From positions 32,706 through 96,705 of the forward strand of contig JAYUNN010000035.1 of NCBI GenBank assembly GCA_043761585.1: 64,000 nucleotides of DNA. Reading direction: 5' to 3'. Positions 54,967 to 62,747 of the stretch are shown here, in pieces. This DNA is from a bacterium. Its GTDB lineage: Bacteria > Patescibacteriota > JACMRA01 > JAYUNN01. A program made the translations under genes and the position numbers. Position 1 is the stretch's first letter, and every line of letters starts with the position of its first letter. The notes under the pieces were generated by a model. It worked only from the letters and a program-made list of their open reading frames with translations. It did no database searches and was not told the DNA's origin.

Positions 54967-55833
54967 TTATGTTTTTAGACCTATTTTTGTGGGAGCTACT
55001 TTATCATCAACGGACAGTTTTTGCTCCACACTGAGCATTTCCGACTCAAATCGCTCAATATCAGCCACGACCGACTCTAAACTATCGGTTAAAACCTGGC
55101 TTTCATCCACCAAATCCTGCTGATCTTTGAGTCCGACTTTGGTTAAATAGCTATAGGATTGCTCCATACTACTCAAAATTCGAGCCAAATATGAATCGAT
55201 ACGCTCTAATCTCATACCGACGCTTTGAACCAAAAGTAGCTGATTTTGTTTTAAAAAAATGACTTTCTCGTATTCTTTTTTAGCCACCGGATCTGTCACC
55301 TGAGCGATTTGATTTTTTAAATCATTAATTTCAAGTATGCTTTGATTTAGGTCTTCAGTTTTCAAAAATTTTCGAGCCAACTCTTCTTGGCGGGATAGAT
55401 CTACTAATTGAGCCACCATTTTATTGAGTGATTCAAGTACAAAAGCATCAAAAGACTGGCCGACCGAGTCTAAATATTTTAAAATTTCTTGAATTTTACT
55501 CAGATTTTGCTTAGCTTTATTTAAGTCAAACTTAACTTCCTCAAAAGAGGATTGTAAGAGCTGCTTGTTAATGATCTCAAAAAGTAAATTTATAGATTTT
55601 AAACTCTGTTTTTGGTCGCTATTATTACCCAATACTTGTTTGATAAAATCGGGATTATTGGTGTCGAACCAGGCAGAAATAACCGCCATAAATAGTGCCA
55701 GCGGTATCATAATGACTCCAACAGTTGGTAAAAACAGGGCAATTATTATCCCAAAAGCCAAAATCACTATCGGAATTGGGCGACCTAGTGCTACTAGAAA
55801 TACTTTGGTAAAATTTTGGAAACCATTTGCCAT
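54967..55833 (-). CDS. two-TM protein with a cytoplasmic coiled-coil domain (XpaC/TelA-like by architecture)
   Basis: Two adjacent TM helices (PIVILAFGIIIALFLPTVGVIMIPLALFMAVISAWF) precede ~220 aa of heptad-rich helix. Its ATG overlaps the pspA stop (TAATG). Confidence 0.6.
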   Translation of the reverse strand: MANGFQNFTKVFLVALGRPIPIVILAFGIIIALFLPTVGVIMIPLALFMAVISAWFDTNNPDFIKQVLGNNSDQKQSLKSINLLFEIINKQLLQSSFEEVKFDLNKAKQNLSKIQEILKYLDSVGQSFDAFVLESLNKMVAQLVDLSRQEELARKFLKTEDLNQSILEINDLKNQIAQVTDPVAKKEYEKVIFLKQNQLLLVQSVGMRLERIDSYLARILSSMEQSYSYLTKVGLKDQQDLVDESQVLTDSLESVVADIERFESEMLSVEQKLSVDDKVAPTKIGLKT

Positions 55834-56570
55834 TAACCAATAGTCTTAGTGGTGATAGACTCAGCAGCCTCATGAGTTTTAGAGTTAGCTTTAGTGGACG
55901 AAGAGATGTCAATATTCATTTCTGCAGCAAATTGTTTATACAAATCTTGAGCTTGAATTTCCTCGGCTTTCTTTTCTAGCTTAATATCAGCCATGTCTGG
56001 TGTTTTCGAAGCTATGATGAGTTTAGCTTCATCTTGAGCGGCCTGTTTATTTAGTTTTTCGAGCATTTCGTCGTTACTATATGCCACATCGCCCACTTCG
56101 TAGGTTTGAAATAATTCTGCAAGCTCACCTTTTAGCTTAGATACTTTACTGTTATCGATTGCATCTTTGATTTTTTCAGTTTCTTGCTTGATTTTTCGCA
56201 CTTGGGCGTCACGCAGTTCTTCCATAGTTTGGAGTCCAGTTTGAGCTGCTTTGAGTGATTCTGCGATTTTTAGCTTTTGGGTTATATTGCGTTGAAGCTG
56301 TAGAGCAATATCTTGACCGATAGCGTCTTCGCCTGACATAGCCGCCGCTTTGAGCTTGGTTCGGAGATTAGCTTCGGTTTTGATTGATTCATTTTGCTCT
56401 CTTTCTAGTAAAATTACCGCGCCTTGGGCCTTAGCCAAACCCTGATTCATTTTGGGAATCTGGTCGCGCATCTCGCGGATATTATTTTCTAAAATAGTAA
56501 TTGGGTCCTCGGCTGCGCTTAAAAATTTATTGAAGAAGGCTTGAATTAGTCGCGAGAGTCGGTTAAACAT
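55833..56570 (-). CDS. pspA: PspA/IM30 family protein (bacterial ESCRT-III superfamily)
   Basis: MFNRLSRLIQAFFNKFLSAAEDPITILENNIREMRDQIPKMNQGLAKAQG is the canonical PspA/IM30 N-terminus, and the rest is a long coiled coil. Confidence 0.85.
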   Translation of the reverse strand: MFNRLSRLIQAFFNKFLSAAEDPITILENNIREMRDQIPKMNQGLAKAQGAVILLEREQNESIKTEANLRTKLKAAAMSGEDAIGQDIALQLQRNITQKLKIAESLKAAQTGLQTMEELRDAQVRKIKQETEKIKDAIDNSKVSKLKGELAELFQTYEVGDVAYSNDEMLEKLNKQAAQDEAKLIIASKTPDMADIKLEKKAEEIQAQDLYKQFAAEMNIDISSSTKANSKTHEAAESITTKTIG

Positions 56571-56576
56571 AAAGTA

Positions 56577-56592
56577 TCAGATTATAATCTGA
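56577..56592. promoter_or_regulatory. 16-bp perfect palindrome between the putative pspA -10 box and the start codon
   Basis: TCAGATTATAATCTGA. The minus-strand candidate promoter is TTGGAC (56616-56621), an 18-nt spacer, then TATAGT (56592-56597). The palindrome itself contains TATAAT. Confidence 0.35.
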
Positions 56593-56632
56593 CTATATTT
56601 GCACTTAGAGTTTTTGTCCAATTTTAAATCAA

Positions 56633-56660
56633 AAAAAATCCTGAGGTTAAACTCAGGAAA
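56633..56660 (-). terminator. rho-independent terminator separating the upstream gene from the pspA operon
   Basis: Stem tcctgag/ctcagga (7 bp, 6-nt loop), followed on the minus strand by a T8 run. Confidence 0.7.
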
Positions 56661-56689
56661 TTTAGTAAGTCCAGTTTAAAATTGAAATT

Positions 56690-57628
56690 TTACTTGGTTT
56701 TAGATGCTTTTTTACGCATATTTAGGACATATAAAGCTATTCCAGCAATCAGTGCAATACTTATTACTGCACCAGCACCATATAACAAGTTGTTATTTTC
56801 CACAGTTGGTTTTTCAACAGTAGTTTTACTTGAGTTTGGACTCGCTTCCACATTTTGAGCATTTAAAGAAGCGGATTTACTGACTTCATTTTTACCTATT
56901 TCTAGCGCTGCTGGAGTGGTAGTGGTGGCAGTTTGAGACTTGATCAGAGCTTGATTGGTTTCTAAGGCTGCGATATCAGGTGCATTTTCTTTGTTGGTGG
57001 GTAAGGTTACTGCTGATTCGTCTGCGTTACCGACGTTGATTTTCCAGCTGATCTGGTTGGCATCAAAACCACTTGGGAAAAATAGTCGACCAGAACCATA
57101 AAGTACAGACCCAGAAGTAGGTGCATTAGCTTTCAATGCGACTTTGATACTAATTTTGGCTGGAGTCGCTGCAGGTATCATGCCATCGGCGCAGCCGCCT
57201 TCGGGTCTAACTTTGCACTCAGATTGAGGTGAAATTCTGATTTTCAAAGTGTCTCCGTCGTTGTAAACAGCATCAGAAACATTAAATTCAGTGGTTTTAG
57301 CACCTTCTGCAGGTTTTTTAGTAGCGTAATCAATCGGTGAAGTCTCAGTAATTGATTTGACTTCAAGTAAATCAGAGGCCTCAGATCCGGCTAATTTTTC
57401 TAAAGATAGCTCGAAATATCCAGGAGCTGTACTAGATGAGGTATTTTCATAACTATAATTGTAGATCGCTTCTGGAGCTGCAGCAGAAAGCACGTCATCA
57501 TAGCGACCTATATCTGCCTTGTATTCAGCTTGTACAAAAGTTGAGCTAGATAGACTCAGGGCTGAGACACCAAAAGCTAGTATAGATAAAACGATTATTG
57601 ACTTAAATTTATTGTTATTTTTGTGCAT
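56690..57628 (-). CDS. secreted protein with a C-terminal TM anchor
   Basis: Signal peptide (SIIVLSILAFGVSALSLSSSTFVQA) and a C-terminal helix plus basic tail (GAVISIALIAGIALYVLNMRKKASKTK). Confidence 0.6.
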   Translation of the reverse strand: MHKNNNKFKSIIVLSILAFGVSALSLSSSTFVQAEYKADIGRYDDVLSAAAPEAIYNYSYENTSSSTAPGYFELSLEKLAGSEASDLLEVKSITETSPIDYATKKPAEGAKTTEFNVSDAVYNDGDTLKIRISPQSECKVRPEGGCADGMIPAATPAKISIKVALKANAPTSGSVLYGSGRLFFPSGFDANQISWKINVGNADESAVTLPTNKENAPDIAALETNQALIKSQTATTTTPAALEIGKNEVSKSASLNAQNVEASPNSSKTTVEKPTVENNNLLYGAGAVISIALIAGIALYVLNMRKKASKTK

Positions 57629-57669
57629 AAGAGTATGTATATTTGTATCTTTGTGAGTATATCTTATAA

Positions 57670-58824
57670 TTAAAAACTAGGCAAGCCTTTGTTTATTTCC
57701 CTAACTTTGGCTACATTTTGGTTGTGTTCGTTGTTGTCTTTACCAAAATACATTTTACCACTTCGGTCGCTAACAAAGAATAAATAGTCGTTTGTACCAG
57801 GCTCTAGTGCCGCTACCAGACTGTCTAAACTCGGATTGGAGATCGGCCCAATTGGAAATCCAGTCACTACATAAGTGTTGTAGCCAGTTTTATATTTGCT
57901 GTTACCCCAATTTAAATCACCGTCTAGACCCACCCCCTTTTTACGATCTACTCCGTACCAGACTGTTGGATCGGCTTGCCAGCGTATATTTTGGTTCACT
58001 CGATTGAGATATACTTTAGCCACTTGCCGTCTTTCTACAGTCAAATCAGACTCATTAACTAAAGCTTTAATATAATTTCTACCAACCTCGCGCTCAACTA
58101 CGGAAGCTAAGATAATTTGCTGATATAGTTTTTCTTTGGCTATTTTCGGGTCTTGATCAAAACTGGACCGATTTTTTGACCAATATTTGTTGGAAAAGTT
58201 TTTTAATACCTTGGCAGTCACTATGTCGGCTTTTGAACCTTTGAAAAAGCTATAGGTATCAGGAAATAAATAACCCTCCAGATAATATTTAGGACAGTTA
58301 TTATAAATTTCACCGTATTTGCAGTCAGTTCTAACTGGTGGTAAAAATTCGTATTTTTCAGATTCAAAATTTTGTGGAACCTGGATATAATCTAGAAAAT
58401 CTTTACTTGAAATGACACTAGCTTTTTCTAGTTTGGTCGCAATGTCTTCGGCCGTATCGCCCTCGATAAAAGAAATCGTGACAGTGTTTTCTTCAGGACC
58501 AGCTTTTTGAGCGTTGATTTGCCATAAAATGTCAGCTGGCTTGGCTGGAAGATCTAGCTCATAAACCCCAGCTTTTAGGTTTGGAACCGTACTATATTTA
58601 CTGATAAATGGCAAAAAATCCGCATTATTTATGATTTTATCGTCTTGGAGTTTTGTAGATAAAGTGGTTAAAGTTTCACCATTTTTAATTTCAAGTTTGT
58701 ATTTTCCAGTCGGCGACTGTGCTGGAGTCGCAAAAACACCATTGTAGCCGTAAAATACAACCCAACCAACCAACCCCAAAACCAGGAATGTAATAATAAT
58801 TTTTAGAAAGACAATTGATTTCAT
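57670..58824 (-). CDS. mltG: endolytic murein transglycosylase MltG (YceG-like)
   Basis: N-terminal TM, ILASVVEREVG, YLNRVNQNIRWQADPTV, YNTYVVTGFPIGPISNP. Confidence 0.85.
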   Translation of the reverse strand: MKSIVFLKIIITFLVLGLVGWVVFYGYNGVFATPAQSPTGKYKLEIKNGETLTTLSTKLQDDKIINNADFLPFISKYSTVPNLKAGVYELDLPAKPADILWQINAQKAGPEENTVTISFIEGDTAEDIATKLEKASVISSKDFLDYIQVPQNFESEKYEFLPPVRTDCKYGEIYNNCPKYYLEGYLFPDTYSFFKGSKADIVTAKVLKNFSNKYWSKNRSSFDQDPKIAKEKLYQQIILASVVEREVGRNYIKALVNESDLTVERRQVAKVYLNRVNQNIRWQADPTVWYGVDRKKGVGLDGDLNWGNSKYKTGYNTYVVTGFPIGPISNPSLDSLVAALEPGTNDYLFFVSDRSGKMYFGKDNNEHNQNVAKVREINKGLPSF

Positions 58825-58914
58825 ACGGTGTTAAAATTTGTCTTAATATTAAAACTGTCAATGCGGCTTTAGAATTTTTAGGTTAGGTTACTCAGGGCCC
58901 AAGTTTTTAGCTTG

Positions 58915-58943
58915 TTGACAAAAGCTTAAAATTGGTTTATTAA
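58915..58943 (+). promoter_or_regulatory. sigma70-like promoter positioned for a leaderless or near-leaderless transcript
   Basis: TTGACA, a 17-nt spacer, then TATTAA. The -10 box ends 6 nt before the ATG at 58950. Confidence 0.4.
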
Positions 58944-58949
58944 AAAAAT

Positions 58950-59423
58950 ATGTACCACAAAATTTTACCATCATTTAGAAAGATTGTTAAATACGTTTTA
59001 AGCCTGACTGTCGGCCTAATTATACTATGTTTACCGATTACTTCACAGGCTCAAACTCAGTGCCAAATCTACAATCCAAACACACCGAATTTTGGTCCAA
59101 ATTGTATCCCACTATTTAAAGATTTTCAAGGCAGCAAACAGGGAATCAGCGGCGCTTTGATTAAAATAGCTGATTATGCCATCTTTATTTTAGGCGGCCT
59201 AGCCGTTTTAATGATAGTTTACGCTGGATTTTTATTTGTGACTGACGGTGGCTCTGGTGAGCGTTCTGGCCGAGGTCGCAAAATCATTTTTAACGTCATC
59301 ATAGGTGTAATTATAGCGCTGGCTTCTTATACGATAGTTAGTTTTGTCTCAGGCACGGTCTCAAATCTCGATATTTCAAACCTCAATGGCGGCAGCACAA
59401 ACAACAATAGCACGATTCAATAA
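58950..59423 (+). CDS. TrbC/VirB2-like (T4SS-pilin-like) small membrane protein
   Basis: Signal/TM, a Cys-containing ectoloop, then two TM helices with the pattern LIKIADYAIFILGGLAVLMIVYAGFLFVT...GRKIIFNVIIGVIIALASYTIVSFV, which is common in CPR pilin-like proteins. Confidence 0.5.
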   Translation: MYHKILPSFRKIVKYVLSLTVGLIILCLPITSQAQTQCQIYNPNTPNFGPNCIPLFKDFQGSKQGISGALIKIADYAIFILGGLAVLMIVYAGFLFVTDGGSGERSGRGRKIIFNVIIGVIIALASYTIVSFVSGTVSNLDISNLNGGSTNNNSTIQ

Positions 59424-59719
59424 ATAAATTACTATCTATAATTTACATGAAATAGTGATAGTAATCCGTAGTTTAGTTCACGGTAGCGATTATAAGCACC
59501 AATTAAAGTTTCTATAGTTTGTATTTTTCACTATAGAATTTGTAAACTTTTTTAAAACCAAGTAGATTATTAGACTATAAAATACTGCGACCATTTTAGG
59601 CAAAAAAACTGATTTTAGTATGGCGATAACGTCGAGTATTACTGCTGCGAGACAGTTCATCGCTCAATTTATAATAGTTTTTTTTATAAATAATTTATAT
59701 CTTTTAAGATTCAAGATTT

Positions 59720-60163
59720 ATGCTTGCTAGTGTATTTTTAGAAAATCTATACCAACTGAGTCATCAAGACCAGAGTCAAATAAAAGGATTTGGACCTGTT
59801 TTAGCTAAAAATTTACTTGAATTTACAAATTCGGACCGCTTTCAAAAGCTGTTACTCAAATTTAGAGAGCAAGAAGCTAGCCAAATCAATATTGACATCA
59901 AAACTGATAAAAATAAAATTGGCAGCGGGCCATTATTTTACCAAAATATTTGTATCACTGGTACTTTTGAGCAGTCACGTGAAGATTTAAAGACATATTT
60001 TAAAGGCTTAGGGGCAGATATTACTGATTCGGTGACTAAAAAAACTACTATTTTGTTAGTTGGAGCTGACCCAGGTGGGAAACTAGCCAAAGCAAAACAG
60101 CTCGAGATTATGGTTTTTGAGTCGGTCGCAGAACTGCAAACTAAGTTTGATATACCTAATTAA
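59720..60163 (+). CDS. stand-alone HhH-BRCT protein equivalent to the C-terminus of NAD-dependent DNA ligase LigA (possible gene remnant)
   Basis: IKGFGPVLAKNLLEF (HhH), and ICITGTF...REDLKTYFKGLGADITDSVTKKTTILLVGADPGGKLAKAKQLEIMVF (the LigA BRCT pattern). No adenylation or OB coding is visible in the 296 nt upstream. Confidence 0.6.
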   Translation: MLASVFLENLYQLSHQDQSQIKGFGPVLAKNLLEFTNSDRFQKLLLKFREQEASQINIDIKTDKNKIGSGPLFYQNICITGTFEQSREDLKTYFKGLGADITDSVTKKTTILLVGADPGGKLAKAKQLEIMVFESVAELQTKFDIPN

Positions 60164-60229
60164 TATGCAGTTAAGTTTTCAAACTTCAGTTGATAAATAG
60201 CAGGAATTTATAGGTTTGAGACTTTTTAT

Positions 60230-60397
60230 ACTTTCCACCTCGTCCTGGCATTTCCACTCCTGAGCTCCCCAAAACTTTGCTTTGTACGAAAAAGGGCGAG
60301 TTTTCATTATTTTTTTCAAAGTTTAAATAGTTTGCTACTCATCAATTCGCTTCAAATAAGTTGTTTTTTTTGCCGAGAAGATGGAAAGAAGATGGAT
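60230..60397 (+). repeat. intergenic element family X, copy
   Basis: Blocks ctttccacctcgtcctggcatttccactcctgagctccccaaaactttgctttg, tttttttcaaagtttaaatagtttgctactcatcaattcgc and caaataagttgttttttttgccgagaagatggaaag. Terminal pairing is ctttccacc with gatggaaag. Confidence 0.6.
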
Positions 60398-60411
60398 TAA
60401 AAATAGGCGTG

Positions 60412-60437
60412 AAAAATCCCAGGACAAGAGCCTGGGA
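60412..60437 (-). terminator. rho-independent terminator of the Thr/Ala/Gly-rich surface protein gene
   Basis: Stem tcccagg/cctggga (7 bp, 7-nt loop), followed on the minus strand by a T5 run. Confidence 0.65.
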
Positions 60438-60459
60438 AATTTAATTTAGATCCTTTAGT

Positions 60460-61470
60460 TTAAAATGAAGGAATGATAGTGTAAGTATCTTTTTGGGTGT
60501 ATAAACCAGCCGCTGTGTCAGAAGAAATAGCAGCATTGTGAGTAACTAAAGCAGTATTTGTGACATCAGCTGAAGCAGCAGGGTTATTTGATCCAGACAC
60601 AGTTTGGATGGTTGTGGCTGGAGTGTTTACATAACTCACTGAGTTGGTTGCACCAGCATTGTAGGCCGCAGCCAATGAAGTTGCAGTAGCTCCGCCATTG
60701 GTGGCAGCACCTTTGGTGATTACTACACCGTAACCTGGAGTACCAGCTGTGATAGCTGACCCGCCTGACCCGCCTGCACCAGCTGCAGCGTTCGGGATAA
60801 AGGCTGTTCCGTTGGTAAAATTACCACTAGTGGAAACGTTGATAGTATAGCCATTTGTAGCGTTGGTACCAATTTTGAGACGGTAAGCGCAGCTTCCTAC
60901 AGCTGTTGTGCTCAAAGTTCCCATATCGCACAAATTAGTATTGGCTGTATCACCTGTGTTTCGGATGACAAAACTCAAAGTTGGTGTAACTAAAGCTCTG
61001 ACTAAGACTACGTTAGCTTGACCTGAATATTGTAGGTTGGAACCAGAATCCACTGAAGTTGAGATTGTAAAAGCGTAGTTTCCAGCTGTGGCAGGGGAAG
61101 TAAGAGCTGTAGTAGCAATAGTCACGGTGGCTCCTGAAACAATCGCCGCCGCAGTCGTGATAGTCGAAGTAGTTGTACTTCCAGATATGGCGTTAGTAAT
61201 TGCTACAGTTGGGGCTGTGGCGTTGACGGTAGTGTTTGCTGTAGTTAAGGTACCAGTATAGCTGCTATCATAAGAAAGCAAGATTACTGAGCCCAGAGGC
61301 AATGCCGCTGAGGTGGTAAAGCTAACTGTAGTACTTCCAGCTGTTGAAACTGTTTGCGCACTTGGGGTTACGGTTACTGCTACACCCGCTGCTTCAACTT
61401 TAGAAGCAAAGGGAACGGTGGCTAAAAGCATACCACCTAAGACCATATAAGATAGTAATTTTGTCTGCAT
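60460..61470 (-). CDS. secreted Thr/Ala/Gly/Ser/Asn-rich surface or fibre protein
   Basis: Signal peptide ending KVEAAG. It has almost no charged residues, shows beta-strand-like alternation (TPTLSFVIRNTGD, YRLKIGTNATNGYTINV, YTQKDTYTIIPSF), has higher GC than its neighbours and a strong terminator. Confidence 0.7.
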   Translation of the reverse strand: MQTKLLSYMVLGGMLLATVPFASKVEAAGVAVTVTPSAQTVSTAGSTTVSFTTSAALPLGSVILLSYDSSYTGTLTTANTTVNATAPTVAITNAISGSTTTSTITTAAAIVSGATVTIATTALTSPATAGNYAFTISTSVDSGSNLQYSGQANVVLVRALVTPTLSFVIRNTGDTANTNLCDMGTLSTTAVGSCAYRLKIGTNATNGYTINVSTSGNFTNGTAFIPNAAAGAGGSGGSAITAGTPGYGVVITKGAATNGGATATSLAAAYNAGATNSVSYVNTPATTIQTVSGSNNPAASADVTNTALVTHNAAISSDTAAGLYTQKDTYTIIPSF

Positions 61471-61588
61471 ATATATTTGTTTTTGTTAAAAAATTGTTTG
61501 CATTGCATTGTGGCTCATGTTTTTAATTTGGTCAACGCATTATTTTTTGATTGACAGTATCTCGAATTTCCCTTTTATTTAAATAGCT

Positions 61589-62650
61589 ATGATCCGCCGT
61601 ACAAAGCTAGTTTATCAAGTTTTTAGAGCATTTTCAAAGTTTAGCAAATCGCTAACTTTTATCATTTTGATCTCTACTTTAGTAAGTGTGTGTATTAGTA
61701 CGGCTTATACCGCAGCCGCCTCAAATAATCGCGGTCTGATCGTCTCGCCAATTACCAATGATTTGGACGTCGATAAAGGGCAAGTCTACGAGTACAATCT
61801 AAACATGGAAAACGATACTGATAGCTACAAATATAATATAGAAATCTCAAAACAATCATTTGCTCCATCTGAAGTCGACGGTGTCCCAGAGTTGATAGAT
61901 TTTTCTAAAACCAATGATTATTCTAGCTGGTTAACTTTTGAAAAAGACAGTTTTAGTATCGAGCCCACTAAAGAACAAGATATCAAAGTCAGGTTAAACA
62001 TTCCTCAAGATGCCAAATCGGGTGGCTATTACTTTGCAATCATTTTGACTGACAACCCAAATCTGAGTGACGACAGCGTTTCTGGTGTAAAAATCACTCA
62101 AAGAATTGTGTCGCTACTTTTTGTAAATGTAAAAGGAAAAGTTGATCGGATTATAAAGTTTCAAAATTTAAGCAGCAATTTAAGTTTGTATGATCCATTT
62201 TTTGACTCGATCTTGCTGAAATATCAGCTAAGACTTGAAGGCGGAAGTTACACCAAACCAAGCGGAAATATTTTCTTAAACAAAGGTTCCGAATCGGGAG
62301 TGACAGTATTTCCCTTAAATCCGGAGGAAAAAATAATTTTACCAGGCTCAAATCGAAGTCTGCAGATTTCTAGTCCAGCGAGTGTAAATGTGCCATTTCT
62401 AAGCAATACTGCTGGTGAACCTGTCCAAAATAACGACGCTAAGACCAGTAATACGGTATTTAAAGATTGGCAAAAACCACTAATTGGAGTCCAAAATGTA
62501 GAGGCTAGAGTAGTTTATGTAAATCAAGCTGGTAAATCTGAGCAATCCAGCAATCTAAATTTATATTTTTTTCCATGGAAAACTTTGCTATTGGTTTTGA
62601 TTCCTGCTGCTGTGTTTTACATGATCTACAGGTTTTTAAAAAAGCGGTGA
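61589..62650 (+). CDS. cell-surface protein resembling the DUF916/DUF3324 (CscA-like) architecture, with a C-terminal TM and basic tail
   Basis: Signal/TM, then VSPITNDLDVDKGQVYEYNLNMENDTD...SWLTFEKDSFSIEPTKEQDIKVRLNIPQDAKSGGYYFAIIL, ending LLVLIPAAVFYMIYRFLKKR. The family was recalled from the pattern only. Confidence 0.5.
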   Translation: MIRRTKLVYQVFRAFSKFSKSLTFIILISTLVSVCISTAYTAAASNNRGLIVSPITNDLDVDKGQVYEYNLNMENDTDSYKYNIEISKQSFAPSEVDGVPELIDFSKTNDYSSWLTFEKDSFSIEPTKEQDIKVRLNIPQDAKSGGYYFAIILTDNPNLSDDSVSGVKITQRIVSLLFVNVKGKVDRIIKFQNLSSNLSLYDPFFDSILLKYQLRLEGGSYTKPSGNIFLNKGSESGVTVFPLNPEEKIILPGSNRSLQISSPASVNVPFLSNTAGEPVQNNDAKTSNTVFKDWQKPLIGVQNVEARVVYVNQAGKSEQSSNLNLYFFPWKTLLLVLIPAAVFYMIYRFLKKR

Positions 62651-62747
62651 GACAAACTCAACTTACTTTAAAAGTTTTACAAAATGCCTAATTTTAAACC
62701 AATTTAATCTAAAAGTACAACAGTTAGCGCTAAATATTTGATATAAA

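Noticed and set aside
55565-55912. ORFs 55565-55843 (+) and 55655-55912 (-) at the pspA / 2-TM gene junction.
   Set aside because: They overlap two well-supported, translationally coupled genes and have no independent support.
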